A DNA stretch of 63,653 bases, filler included, from Rhabdomonas costata (taxonomy: Eukaryota): assembly GCA_019059605.1 (NCBI GenBank). It is 49 parts of 49 records of this genome, joined end to end, with 100 filler letters (N's around TTAATTAATTAA, not from the genome) between each part and the next. Parts side by side here need not be neighbours in the genome. Positions count along the whole stretch, not along the records: positions 48,145 to 49,345 come from JAHMHO010023842.1; positions 49,446 to 50,646 come from JAHMHO010023843.1; positions 50,747 to 51,947 come from JAHMHO010023844.1; positions 52,048 to 53,248 come from JAHMHO010023845.1; positions 53,349 to 54,549 come from JAHMHO010023846.1; positions 54,650 to 55,849 come from JAHMHO010023847.1; positions 55,950 to 57,150 come from JAHMHO010023848.1; positions 57,251 to 58,450 come from JAHMHO010023849.1; 41 more parts are not named here. The stretch is one strand, 5' to 3'. Made by a program: the position numbers and the translations under genes. Shown here piece by piece: positions 49,341 through 63,300 of the stretch. The notes under the pieces were generated by a model. It saw only the letters and a program-made list of their open reading frames with translations, was not told where the DNA came from and did no database searches. Each line of letters starts with the position of its first letter. Within the stretch, counting starts at the first letter, position 1.

Positions 49341-52300
49341 ACCCCNNNNNNNNNNNNNNNNNNNNNNNNNNNNNNNNNNNNNNNNNNNNTTAATTAATTA
49401 ANNNNNNNNNNNNNNNNNNNNNNNNNNNNNNNNNNNNNNNNNNNNGCTCTGGTTCTCACTACCCGGGAAGGTTCCGAAGCAAACTGATAAAAAAAGCTCT
49501 TTCACAAGGTCGGTTGTTTAACCCAACCGTGCAGAACAAGGGGGCCTCCCGTCTCCTTCCATTCCTACATCCCATGAAGAATTCAACCAAAAGAGCATTT
49601 CCCTTTTGCTGGTTTGTTCTTGTCCAAAGGTGTATAATCGGCTGAACTTGCCAAATCCTCTGTGGCCTCGCCCTCTGCAAAGATACAACCTAACTCAGCA
49701 CAAACATATCTGCGATACAAGCTGGATGTTTGACCCCTGCTGCACACATGCTCGTGTATACGGAGACAAAAGAAACTTACCTACTACTCTACACTGCTTG
49801 CGGACTTCCCGAGGCTTAGCCGGGTCTGAAAGCAGATCCTACTGAATGACATTCTGACATGGGCCCAAATGCCACCGGCCAATTTTGCCTGAGCGATGAC
49901 CCCATTCATAAAAACTTAGCAAGGTTCTTTCCTTGCGGACGATCTTTAGGTGGACTGTGGTCCATGCTGAGGTGTGCGCAGTACCCGCTGGTGGCTCCAC
50001 CTCAGCCCCAGGCTGACTAAGGAGCCCACTGCCCACAACACGTGGGGCAGCCACAGGAGCGAGGCAGCCAAAACGGTGCTCCCGATGGCTCCCACCACAC
50101 ACGCGGCCTGCAGGGCCACCGCAGTCCATGGCGTGCACACAAAGGCAACAAACCTTTGGGGCGCAGAGAAAGCTGGCGCTGGGTTAAGCCAAACCCCATT
50201 GTGCACCATTGCGTGTGGGCACACTCCTGCGCCAACCACTTTATGATTAAGGGTGCTTGGAGATTGCAGTAATTGCCCAGAAAACGTCGCCAAACATTTT
50301 CTCGATCTCTAAAATCAGAAAGGTGAGAAAGAAACCAACACAAATGGGCTGGCAAAGCAGAATTGGCTCAATGGCTCATTTCCGAAGAAGAAGCTTTCGT
50401 TGGGAAAACCCGTTACTGTGCCCCCCGTTAGGCCAGGGTCTGTTTGTTTAAGTATGTAAATGCAAGGAACGCCGCAGGGGGTGGGGTAGCTGAGCATGTT
50501 TTTAATGCACAACGTTTTCAAAAAGTAATGAGCAGTTAACCTTGCACGCGAAAAGCACCATAGGAATGTTTCGGCTTCGACTTTAACATGAAGTATATGT
50601 GAAAAAAAATCCCAAGGGCAGATGATGAAACCCCAAAACCACCCCCNNNNNNNNNNNNNNNNNNNNNNNNNNNNNNNNNNNNNNNNNNNNTTAATTAATT
50701 AANNNNNNNNNNNNNNNNNNNNNNNNNNNNNNNNNNNNNNNNNNNNGGGGTTTTGTGGGACTGCTGAGGCCTGGAGGAGTTCCGCAGAAAAGCCTTTATG
50801 AAACCTGTAAACCCGCAATAGCCTGCATGAATTCTGCAGAAGCCATGAAGTGAGCAGGGTCCAAAAAGGTCCGAAGTCCCGTGCCCCAGCTAAGACGTTT
50901 GCAGTTCTTTGTGTGGTCAGAAAGTGTAGTAGGACCCCACGCAGAAAAAGGGGCGAACGAGAGGTCCTCCGAGCCGTGAAGTCCGGTGATGTGGATGACC
51001 GCAGAGAGTGAACTGCTGTGATGGTTGATCGGTGTCACTATGGTTTGTCAAGGATCTCATCCTCCAGCACGAGAGGAGTGATCCAGGGCCCGAGAAGTGG
51101 ACGTGAGGCCGGAAACTCCGAAAGCTGCGCTGGGGGAAGAAGAGCCTGCACGCAACAACACATCGTGCTCCTCCTTTATGTCACTATTGATTTGGGTCTG
51201 TGCAGGTGACTGACTCACTTCACCATACGCTGTCGTCGCGGTAGCTGCCGCTTGTGGTTCGTTCGCGCCCATCGCTTTTTCTCACTGACAAAAAAATGGG
51301 AGGAGAGATTTGGGAAAGGGGAGTGGGGGGGGGGGCAGAACTTGCGATCCTTTTATGACATGAGTTATTATGAACCCGTCCCGGAATAAATTATCTTTTC
51401 GCTGCCAGTAGTCATCACCCCTGCATCATCCATAGCAGGCACTCGCCCACATGCACACCCCAACACACAGAGCTCCGAGAAATTCTCCGGGTCCTTCTCC
51501 TTCACTGCCTGGAGCCTCGCCCTGGCCTCCCACCCGACCGCAGCGCCTTCCTCTCCACCGCCACCACCTCCTCCAACTTCCTTCGCCCTCCTTCTTCTTC
51601 GTCATTGGCGGCCTCTGCTGCTTCTTCGGCGGTGGAGGCTGCATCCTGCCCGCCTCCACCACCCCTGCTATCGTCTGTTGCACCCTCGCCCTCAGCGTTC
51701 CTACCCCCGGGGCTGTGGGGAGGCTCTCCGCGGCACCCCGGTCATAGCAAGCCCGGATTCCTGTTTGCGCTGCAGCACCGGATCTGCCAAGGGGAGCCCT
51801 CGCTCGACGACAGCGGAGGTGAGGGTGCAAGGGGATTTTTATTGAGCTGAGGAGGAGGAGGGGAGAAGGTGCATTTGCCTCGCTTTGGCCCTAGCGTGGT
51901 TCAAATACCAAAAGCCTGAAAACCTGAAGAAAAAAATCTCCACACACNNNNNNNNNNNNNNNNNNNNNNNNNNNNNNNNNNNNNNNNNNNNTTAATTAAT
52001 TAANNNNNNNNNNNNNNNNNNNNNNNNNNNNNNNNNNNNNNNNNNNNGGTGGTGGGGGGGTAAGGTGATGCGCCCCAGCAAAGGTGTCATAAAAGTGGCG
52101 CTGCCGCAGGAAGAGCTCCCAGGAGTCCCCTGAGAGTTCCACTTGCTCGACACTGTCTGGTGCGCTCATCACAGAAACACAGCGCAGGAAAAAAAACTCC
52201 CACTGGGTGCACAACCAGGAACACAAGGGTACACCCGAGAAGACATCCACGCTTTCCGTTTGCTACAGTTAAGGGAAGCAGAATGACGCTTGAATGACGA

Positions 52301-53373
52301 GAGCTTGCGGTGGATGGCAGCCCCCCACCCCCCACCCCAAAAAAAGAAAAGGCTTCTGGATTGAGGGGTGGAGGGTGGGGTGGAAAGGGAAATAACCCGT
52401 CGAATATGCCGCTCTTGCTGAGCAGGGCCCTCCCACCGCAGCACCTTAAATCGGGCGGTGTCCCAGAGGGTGTGCGCATCGCTTCCGTATGCGTGTCCCA
52501 GTGCGTGTGTGCTCGGTCCTGGTTGGTTGGTGAAGGCAGGCATTCCTCCAACTGCCGCCCCTTAGCTGAGATTACTCGAGGTTTGATAAGAATCAGTTTG
52601 GGCGAAGCGGGGGTCAATCTTCCTGAGGTTTATCACCTGAGCTCACCCAAAAGGTGGGCTTGGAAAAGCAACAACCCTTTTTCTAACCTGGCTTCTGGAA
52701 GTTGGGGAGATGGGGTTTACACTGGTAACGGTGACCAGTGGTAAAAACTTTTCTATGGGAACTGTTTTAAAATGGTTATTATCAGCCGCCCAGGTCACAC
52801 TCCGCCCCCGGCGCGGAATGGCCTTCGCCCCAAAACTAATACCATCCAACTCGTCCGGCAATATCCCAGCAACTGGCGAGTCCTAAGCCAACAGCAGTTT
52901 CAGCTGCTATGCAAAAACAATCATCTAGTGGGCATTGCCTAAGCTTATCTAACCAGTACACAAAAAGGCATATTTTACGGGACCGTTCTAAGTTAGTTTT
53001 ACATAAAAGACTTCATGTAAGAAGTTTTCACCTGAAGCAAAAACAATAATCTAAGGGCACGCAACCCGCACCTACTCCCCTGCCCCCAAAAAGTCATTTC
53101 GAAGGTGCTGGCATATTTTACGTGACGCTTCTGGTTAATTAAGCAAAAGTTTTATGGCAGTCCGTTACAACTGGTAACTGTTACAATTACCCTCCCCAAA
53201 CTTCCATTGCGCCTGGCTTCTCGAGAGGAAACAAGGATACCACAACAANNNNNNNNNNNNNNNNNNNNNNNNNNNNNNNNNNNNNNNNNNNNTTAATTAA
53301 TTAANNNNNNNNNNNNNNNNNNNNNNNNNNNNNNNNNNNNNNNNNNNNTGGGGGGGCCGCAAGCACTGCCTAC

Positions 53374-54387
53374 CAGTAGAGGTGCCTCAGGGCCGCGAAC
53401 TGCTTGGCGTAAAACACGCAGCACGTGAACACGGTGCGGCTGCACAGGTCAGCTTCCTCGTCACAGGACGGGCACTCAACAAACTCTAATGGAATGATGT
53501 GCCTATGTGTCTGTGTGTGTGAATGTATCTGTGTGCTTATAAGTTCGTTGTGATGCAAAGCACATGCTTCCGCGAGCGCATCCATAACTCTCCTATCGAG
53601 GCGGCAAACTCGCGTCATTGTCGGGCGTGCAAAGCGAGGAGGTGAGAACCCCCCCCCGCTGGTTTTTCGATCATTCATACTGACTACACATGGCCAATAC
53701 GGCCCCCACCAAAGCATTTCCAGATGTTTCTAGTGACTCCACTTTGTATACGTAGCCAGATTGGTGATTGCATCGGGGAGGACTACTCTTTTTCTCCCAA
53801 AAAAAACTGTCAAAGGGTTTTATGAAGGTGAACCTCCCCCCATCGCCAATAAAATTCGGCACAAGCTCACCAAAAACCCTCCATCCGTGGGCACACCAAA
53901 ATGAAAAGTAGCACGTGTACAGGGAGTACATCGCAAAACTATCCCTCAACACTCCGTTCCCCGTACCTTCCGCCACAAGTGCCACAAGAACAAACATAGC
54001 ATACTGTACTCCACGTGGGTCTTCTCCTTGCACAGCAGCGCGGCCACAGCTGAAGCAAAACGACCCCCCGTGCGCAGAGCCAGTGTGGCCATTGGTTTGC
54101 AAGCGTGATTTTGGGTTCACAGGATGCCACACGATCCTCTTCCTTTCGCGCCTCCTGCCACTGCTTCCAACTTGCAGGCATGCAGCCTGGGTTGTGAGCG
54201 AACGAAGACATTGGAGCACTCTCTTCCACTGAGCAAAGATAGCCTAGGGGCATACCAAGCTCGCCCCCCATAAGTGTGGGGGAGCGGGTGCCCAGCAGAG
54301 GGGAAGCCGCGAACGTTGGAGGGGTGCCCTGGTCCTCGTCGCCCGCCGGTGCTGCACAACACCCCGACCCCCTCGTTCCCGGAGGTT
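53374..54387 (-). CDS. Probable Fab1/PIKfyve-like phosphatidylinositol-3-phosphate 5-kinase, exons at start of PIPK domain
   Basis: Exons 54256-54387 and 54005-54049 join in frame (..MGGELAVAALLCKEKTHVEY). Exon 53374-53439 gives RTVFTCCVFYAKQFAALRHLY, resembling the Fab1 FxxxxYxAxQFxALR motif. An intervening exon was not resolved. Confidence 0.55.
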
Positions 54388-57300
54388 CTAGATCGACGAA
54401 GCAAACCGAGAAGGTGCGCGGATTCATCCCGCGGTGGGGGATGGTTTTGGGGATATCTTTTTCCGCTTTAGACGCTTCGTGGATTTTGCAAGAGACAGCA
54501 ACAGAAAAGAAAGCTGAGATAACGTTAGTTGAGAATGTAACAACCCACANNNNNNNNNNNNNNNNNNNNNNNNNNNNNNNNNNNNNNNNNNNNTTAATTA
54601 ATTAANNNNNNNNNNNNNNNNNNNNNNNNNNNNNNNNNNNNNNNNNNNNGGGTTGGGGTAAATAGATCTGGTGTAACGTGTTTTTTCAAATCTTTGGAAA
54701 ACTTGACGGGATGGTAATTAGCGTTTTTGAAGTTGGAAAACATCTCTCCCCTAGAACTACGTGTTTGGCCATGGATATAATAGCGCCGTGGTTTCACCAC
54801 GTTATCGTCTCATCTGTCCACAAGCCAAATGTGGTCTGCTTGCGTCATTTAATTCAATTCCTTTATTGGTGCACGTCATTCCGCCATCCGTTCGCCCGCG
54901 TCATTCTCTTATCGACGCGGGTATTCTACAATATCTGCGCTGCTTTTTCGCGTTTTGATAAATGAGGCGCAGACAAGTTTGTGTATTTGACGCGCTTTTT
55001 TTTCCTGGGGAACAACCGTCTTAATTTCGACCACAAACATTACCTCGGCGTACTTGAATGGTTCTTGAAGGGTAACGGGTTTGTATCAGGCCCAAAACTC
55101 CATTCAAAGCAGTCGAAGGCCTAACCACTTATCAGCACCAGGGTGCTGAGGCAAGCGGTTCGCGATATAAATGGTGGCCATGGGACGATCCGGGCCCGCC
55201 GGCCCAAGAGACCGGCGTACAGAAATTGCCCGTTGTTGGTTATTTCCGGTGATTCCAAAGATTCCACCGTATGGGTTTTGTGATGCACAGGCTAGGGGGT
55301 CCTGCCCCCTCCGGCCGCGGCGCGCGGGTGGTAAACGGTGATCGTTGCATTTGCTTGTTTTTGCCTTATGCCGCCGGAATCTCTGCCTACCCTCTCCGAC
55401 GGGGCTCGCATAAGCGTTTTAACATTTCCTGCTGCAACGCCTTTCCGTAGAAAGCTTCGCGTGGAAACCACACCACGCTGACTTTTTGGCACAATCGTAC
55501 GTGTGAGAAAGGCCCACAAGCTTTCCGAAAGACCATGCCATTTCCATTAACGTTTCCTGCAGCAGCGACAAGTTGTGAGAAATGACCAAACTGGCGAAAC
55601 ATGCTTGTCCTCTCACACAAGTACCGCCAGTTCCATGAAGGTGCCCTTCAGGGGCAGAAATCGAACCACAGGGAGTGGCGACGAAGTCCGACGACCACAA
55701 AATAGTGAAAGCAGGCACCGGAACTGTCACATGTGTGGGTGTGGGTGGTGGCGTGATGCGGTTGTGGTGAGATGGGGAGAAGGTGCGTGAGAGGGTGCGC
55801 AACCAACGGAAGAAAAAAGGCGCACAACCGCACCAGGTACAACCCCACANNNNNNNNNNNNNNNNNNNNNNNNNNNNNNNNNNNNNNNNNNNNTTAATTA
55901 ATTAANNNNNNNNNNNNNNNNNNNNNNNNNNNNNNNNNNNNNNNNNNNNGTGTGTTGCGTGATCGTAAGGAAGTGGACACTGAGATGCAATACATCCACA
56001 ACCATATCCAAAGAACCAAAAGGCTCTGCCCAGTCCTATCAGTGGAGGCACTGCGAGCACTTTCGGGCCTTCTGGCGGGGTTGGAGCTCTGGGTGGGCCC
56101 CCAGCTCCCCCGCTGCCTCCGGAACTGCTTCGGGCGAACCCGGAGCTGTGCAACCTAATGCTGTCTTGGTACCACAGTGGGTACTGGACCGGCTACGTTG
56201 CGGCAATGACGGGATAGCCCGCCCCAGCCCCTGCCCCTTCCCTTTGGCCTCAGGCTCGGCCTCAAAGATAGTGACTCCTCTGGTGAAGGAGCACTGCACA
56301 TCCCCAGCATGTCACATTTTGTGCTTTCTGGTGTACTCGGCGAGGTGTTTGGCTATTGCCAGGAAACGACAGTTTCCGTTTCTGCGGTGATTTACTTCCA
56401 CGGATGTACCAGCCTTTGATATTTCTGTTATCTGGTTTTGGGAGGTTCGTCCGAAGTCCGCATTTTGAAACCCGTTCAGTTGGCTGCAAAAGGGCGGGGA
56501 CACGGGTGGGATCCAACAAGGAGCAACAGCCTGAAAGATACCGGCACATGACAGCGAACACCTCCCGCCATTGCACCATCTACTGGGTCATTTCTTCGCG
56601 GGGTTCCAAACTCCGGTCCCCACTGCATCAGGGACTATTGATGCACACTCGTGGCTGAGAGTCGCTGGTGTGCTGACATTGACATGAAACCGAATTCCTG
56701 GGTTAAAAATTTTCTTCTTTTTGATGCTGAGCTCACTACAGTGTATTTTGCAGATTTGCGCTCCTGTGATGCTCATTACAGCGGCCACAGCCGACCTCAA
56801 ACAAAACCTCACCCCTGCACTTCTGGATTATGAAGACTTGGTTCTGACTCTGTCACCGAATTTCTTTGTTTGCAGCGTAAATATGTTGCTCGCGGGAGGA
56901 AAGGGGGAATCGTAGTTTGAAAGGGTGCCCAGGTGGTGTCTGACAAGTGCGGGTATGTGGTGTTTGCATATGATGACAATGGTGGTTGGCGGTCTGGACT
57001 TTCTGTTTGCATTCCGAAGTTGCGTTTTCAGAATTTAAAGGGATATCTTGCTTTCAGAAGATGAGGTTTCCGCTGGCAAGGCTGTGTCAGTCAGAGATGT
57101 TGCGGTGGATGCAGCCGAGACTTCGACCCCGGGCTGTGAACCCGCGTCCTNNNNNNNNNNNNNNNNNNNNNNNNNNNNNNNNNNNNNNNNNNNNTTAATT
57201 AATTAANNNNNNNNNNNNNNNNNNNNNNNNNNNNNNNNNNNNNNNNNNNNGTGGTGGGTGTGTTTGGTGGGGGTGTGGAACACCTGGGTGATCTGGACCG

Positions 57301-58552
57301 TTACAGCGTGGGTGTGGGTGGTTCGTACCGTACTTGTGTGCGTGGTTGAGAATGTCGGGTTGGGTACGGGGTTTACCATTGTCTTACTTGTGTGTGTGTG
57401 TGTGAGTTCGATGTTGTATTCAATGGTGTCGCGGACTGTCAGGGTCACGTGTAAGAGCGTAGTTTGTAGTGGATTTGATTGGATAGGAGTGTTGGTTCCC
57501 CGGGTTGGACATTGGTGTCAGGAGTTGTGGTTGAGGTGTTTGGGTTTGGTGTGTGGGGGGGGATTGACGGGTAGATGTGGTATGGTGGTTGGCTCGGCGG
57601 GTGCTGTGGTGTTGGGGTGTTGGAGCGGGCGTTGGGGTGTTGTTTTATGGGGCAGGGAGTTGGGATGTTGGGATGGGCATTGGGAATCGTGGCGTCGTTG
57701 GATGTGATGTGGATGTGTGATGGAGAGTAGTTCTCTTGAGGGTGTAGTCAAGGTGTGGGGTTGGGTGGTGAGGTCTCGGGTAATGTGCGGAGACTTGACG
57801 GGGGACTTGGGTGGTGGTGTGGACTAAGGGTGGGTGAAATGGAGTGGATTCGTATGGTAATGCGTGATGTGATGACGTTGCGCAATGTGGGGTGGGATTT
57901 GCATACCGGAGTTAGAGGGCTGGAGGTCTGAGTGGAATGGAGGGCTTGGTTGCTGTGCGTATGGTAGGTTTTGTGTTCTGATTGAGCTTGAGAATGGGAT
58001 TGAGATTGAGATGGGTAATGTGTGTGATGCTTTGTGTCGGGATTTCGGACTTGGTGGTTTCTGACGTGGGGGTTTCGGGCGTGGGTATTGGTGCTGGAAT
58101 TCCCGCTTAGTTGTGGATGTCATTTAGGGAAGTTATATGGGCAAATGAGCGTTTACATTTGAATTAACGAGCAGCTGGAAACGGGAGATGGTGAACCACT
58201 TTCCTCAGGCTATAGTGATTTCATGCTTACCGAAAACACCTCAAAGCAGTCGATGTAAAAGCACTCCTCATTGCCTTCATTAAATGTCTGGGTGCGCATC
58301 TTGTTTTTCTGGCAGCACAAAGCAAGTGAGATGGCTGGGTCTCCCAAACCTCGTACTGGGCTCAGGGCCCGGTTTACTGATACTTACTACTTTACAAAAT
58401 ACTTCACTGATTTCGGTAGGAATTTAGTTTAAAGTCCTCTCTTTCCCAACNNNNNNNNNNNNNNNNNNNNNNNNNNNNNNNNNNNNNNNNNNNNTTAATT
58501 AATTAANNNNNNNNNNNNNNNNNNNNNNNNNNNNNNNNNNNNNNNNNNNNGG

Positions 58553-58664
58553 GTGGTGGGGAAATAACTTGCGAAGCAAAAAATTTTGTGTTTAACGGTG
58601 ATAAACGTTTAACCCCGAAAAATCACCCCAAAATTTTTTGCTTCGCAAGTTATTTTCCCACCAC
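58553..58664. repeat. 36-bp inverted repeat with 40-nt spacer at contig start
   Basis: 58553-58588 vs 58629-58664, one mismatch. Confidence 0.9.
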
Positions 58665-61600
58665 TGGGGTTAAATAAAATGTACCTGTAGCCAGCGCCCC
58701 TACCTAACGCCTTTTTAAGTTCAAAATTTTAAAACAACAATAACTACAATAACTGCAGCAGTCCCAGCCGGACATTGTCGGTTTTCGGTGTGCGGGAGAG
58801 GGTACCCTTGACCTTGCGGGGGAGTTGGGGAGGGTGATAACTGTTACCCGTGACAAAGTGGTCAGTGGTATTGTGGATCAAAAGCTTATTCGGAAGGGCA
58901 GCCACTCCACACGGCACACGGGCATGATGTGCGCCGGCTCAATGAGTTCACTTCAAGCTATCCCGCTGCCTTGAAGGGCTTGACGGGCCTGGACTAAGGT
59001 TTGAAATAGGTTATTGTGGGAACTGTTGCGGGAGCTCAAGATTGTTGCGACAGAAGCCTGCACACACAGTAATCCATAGTGTCGCTTGAGCGAGGGAAGC
59101 TGGGAGTGCGTGTGCGTGTGTTGGGGGGTGGGCGTTCACCATTGAACTGCGAGGAGACATGACTGCATCAATATTGTCAAGCAATATTGTGGCTGCATGT
59201 GATCACCGAGGAAAGCAGCTGAAGCAAACGCATGAGACCTGACGATTCCTACCGGTGCCGGTGAAAGAGGAAAGAGGCGCGTAGAAGCTGTCGAGCTGCA
59301 CACCTGTGCCCCACAGAGAGACGTGAGACTCTCCCACCTGCAGCCTTGCTAGGGCCCAGGCCGGTGGAGAGGTGCTGTCCAGATACCCCCCGATGACCAC
59401 AGTGCTGCAAAAAGAGAACAAAAAGCTCCACAGCATAAGAGTTCAGCCAATGTGTCACGTGCTTAGACACATAAAGGAAAGAAGGTTCGCGTGCAAGCAG
59501 TACTTTTCTGACAAGCAATACCTGCGCGTCAAAGTACAGGAAAAGTTGCGAAGAACGTAACTGTGCAGCGTTTCGAGAAAGAAAAGGATGTCTCTACGAC
59601 AGAATGACAGCTGAGCCTCATCGCCGCTGTGGTGTCTTTCCACTTCTTTCCACTTCGGCCGCTGACATCGGATACAGGGCCGAACTCGTCAATTACGACG
59701 ATCGTATACCTAATTGGAAAAATCCCCACAAAACTAAACACACCCAACTCANNNNNNNNNNNNNNNNNNNNNNNNNNNNNNNNNNNNNNNNNNNNTTAAT
59801 TAATTAANNNNNNNNNNNNNNNNNNNNNNNNNNNNNNNNNNNNNNNNNNNNGGGTGTGGGGGGCGAAAATGTTAATGTTTGTGGCATGAACAGGACAACG
59901 AAAAAAGAGAGAAGGGAGAATGGGTACGTGTGCGTGTGCGTGCTGGATGAGCCGGTACCATGTCCGCTGGCAAAACGGAAAGTGCCAGCGAAAGTGCGAT
60001 ATGCTGATGCTTTAAAGCAAATTCTTACGGTCTTGAGCTCAGGCCACAGCACGGACCAGCCGGCAGCGCCGCAGGACACGCCAACGGCAGCTCAAGGGCA
60101 CAGACAGTACCAAGCCCACCGTAAATCTGCCACCGGTCTGCGAACTTGCAAGCTTTCCGGAGAAAACATCCAAAAGCCCACAGCAGCAAAAGAACCAAAA
60201 GCACCTGCTACGCCGCACGTTATTACACGTTACGAGATGGAGAGCACACCCCCTTCTCGCCACGTCCAAAAGTACAAAGATGCAAGCAAGTCCCCAGCCG
60301 CGGGCCCGCAGGCCGCCACGTCCAGATGCGTAAGGGCAGGTGATGAGCCGAGGACAACAGGTGCCAGGAATAGCAGCGAGGTCTGCGACCTGACCTGGCA
60401 TGCAGATTCGTTGTACGCCACCTTAGTCGAGGCTCGCGCTTCCGCCGCGGCGCCGGTTACCACTGTCGCTGGAGTTTGCGCTGATGGGTGCAACGGGTGG
60501 GTCAGGGTGCGCGACTTCCCGTGATGGCATCCCACACTTCCGCTCACAGTGTTGTCAGCGACATTATCACCCTTATCACGGAGGCTGGGTAGACAGCGAG
60601 AAATTGCACACCACCAAATCCACATCACGAGACGAAAAGACAAAGAACCCTCTGCAAACCCACACCCATTAACAGACAGACGCAGCACCACCCTAACCCA
60701 TGAACCAGACTAGCGTACCCACGAAACTAGAAACAAGAACCCACAAAAAAGAAGGAGCAATCAACGCAGAAGTCGCCATAGGGTTAGCAGGCAAAAAGTT
60801 GTCAGAATGTCCGAAGCGATGGTCCCAGAAAGCGCGCATACCGAGAATGAGCGCAACAGCAGCATCACGGCCCAACAACAGTGACTAGAAGTTCACACGA
60901 TCCGACCTACCGACGACCAGTCCAGCACCAAACACACCGCCAGCCTGACCCGTAGAATTCAAAAGATGCAGCACCAACAGATGGAAATGACTAACATAGC
61001 AAGAACCATGTGAGAGAATACAAGCACCGAATGACCGTAAAACCAAAAACCCNNNNNNNNNNNNNNNNNNNNNNNNNNNNNNNNNNNNNNNNNNNNTTAA
61101 TTAATTAANNNNNNNNNNNNNNNNNNNNNNNNNNNNNNNNNNNNNNNNNNNNGGGTGGTGGGGTTGAAGCTTGCGCGCCCTCGCACCCTCGTAGCCCCGC
61201 CACCCCAGAAGGTGTGGTCGCTTGATTGGAGTGCGTGGTGTAGGTGGAATGTGGGGTGGATGTGGAGTGGTATTGCGTATCATATGGTCTCATGATTGTT
61301 GTATTTGGATGGAGAATGTGTTAAGAATTTGTGGTTTGGGTTTCGCGTTGGTGTTTGGTTTTTGTGTTATGTTTTACGTCTTCGCCACCAAACCACGTAT
61401 TTGTACCAACCAAGTCAGAAGTATCACCATGGTTTAGCAGAGAGAACGCCTATTTCAGCGACTGGTGATGAACAGATTTAATAGGCAAATTACCCATTTT
61501 GACTTGTTCTAGTTTGTGTGTGCGTCCTGGTGGTTAGTGGTTCTGTTGATGTTGGTAAGTAGGCGTATAGTGTGATGGTTTGTGGTTTGTGTGTCGTGAT

Positions 61601-62499
61601 TATGGTATCTTGTTTCTGTGCTTGTGTGTGTGCTTTTCACCAATTGTAGCTCTATTGCAATGTTTGGTGCCGTATCTCTAATTCTGCTTCAAGTCTCTAC
61701 GTCTTGCATACATCAGCGAAATGACGGAAACCTCCAGACTCCTTAATTACGTTCCGCATGTACAAACACTTCGACGAGTGACTCGCATTACAAGTACCAC
61801 ACGTGAACAAATTCAAGTGTGCGACGTTGTGTCATTGGCGTCATCTCCGAGAGAGCAATTAGCAATGCTAGCAATGCACCAACGCCTAACCGTACCGCGA
61901 GTACACGTGATATTCCTGTGGCTGTACCACTGATAAAAGTCCTAGTGATGGATGCTGGACAATGGCGTGAACCAAAACCACATGGCAAGGTGCGTGGTAA
62001 CCGGTGATGCAACGTCACTCAAGCCATGTGACTGAGCCGGATAATTGTGCCTGTGGTGAGCTTTCTGTGTAGCCATGAGAAGTGGCAATGATTGTTAGCC
62101 ACATGGAGTCTGGCTCTGCATCACATCACATACGAGGCTGGGTGCTGAATAAACACTTACGTTCAACCATGCGTGATGGCAACTGTGTAATCCAGGTTTA
62201 TGAACCAACGTACAGTAGTAATAGCGAAGGTCATGTTAGTAACAGAGACCCACTTTTGGATGCACTATCTAGATCTTTTGGATACTAAAACTCCGTACCT
62301 CCAACCAAAGTTTCCACAGGCATCGCCAATAACGCCCAACACTCTCAACACANNNNNNNNNNNNNNNNNNNNNNNNNNNNNNNNNNNNNNNNNNNNTTAA
62401 TTAATTAANNNNNNNNNNNNNNNNNNNNNNNNNNNNNNNNNNNNNNNNNNNNGACTGCGTTCCCGTCTGATCTTTGCCTCTGTGTATGATGGGCGGGGC

Positions 62500-63300
62500 C
62501 TACAGGATCCGAAGGAGCGTCCCCCATGGGGTCCTCCTACTGATCTGTGGTGGGTTCATCGATTTCCACTTCATCCGAAACCTCGAAAGTTGGCAGTGTG
62601 TTACATCGAAAACTTCCCCCCATCGAATTAGTGACAGAATAAACAAAGCCGAGAGGTTCGGCTCCATTTTGCGATGGGGAAGCTTGCAACGATGGGTGCG
62701 TGTGAATAGGTTTTGTATATAGGAACAGAACGAGAAAAACGGTGGCGTGGAGTTGGGTTTGGTGAGTGATGGATGAGGTCGATGTAGTGCTGGTGAATGT
62801 GTGTGTGGGATGGTGGTGAGGGTGTTGGGAGTGGCGGCCGTGGTCGGGGCGGCAGATCGGGCCACCCTCACTGCGCTGTGTGCGATAAATCGTCCCGAAA
62901 GCACTTTCTGACCTCGTGCAACACGGGAATGTGAAAGCCAGCGCGCCAAAATAATGGAATAGCTAAAGATCCACAAACACCTGATGCGGTATGTCCCCGA
63001 CGGTTACCGGTTTTTGCGCTCTGTTGCCGGGTGATGGGGTGGGGGTGATTTGAATTGAAAATGCTTGGAGTCCCATAGAAAGCCAGCTCTGCAAAGCGTC
63101 CTGCCTGCGGGTCTCCATGATGTAATCGCTAAAATGATCGGGCAAAATGACAGTGTCCGCGTCATGGGTCTTATAGTGTGCCTCCGTCTTAATTTTTGGG
63201 TTATTCGGACTTTCTTCGGGAATGCAAAAAGTCAACTTCAGCCATCCATTTTTCCTGTCCGTCCGTTCGCTAATGCGCAATGGTCCTGGAGTTGGTGACT
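62500..63300 (-). mobile_element. Possible decayed APE-endonuclease LINE fragment
   Basis: Remnants GRFI, IQNLF, LIRWGEVFD resemble APE motifs (GR.I, N.YAP, IWGGDFN); weak. Confidence 0.3.

Noticed and set aside
57251-58123. ORFs in the strongly G/T-skewed contig
   Set aside because: Compositional artefacts of low-complexity, probably decayed repeat sequence; no recognisable motifs.
1244-62408. Regularly spaced identical TTAATTAATTAA motif, superficially CRISPR- or array-like
   Set aside because: Embedded in N runs; it is a synthetic six-frame-stop scaffolding linker.
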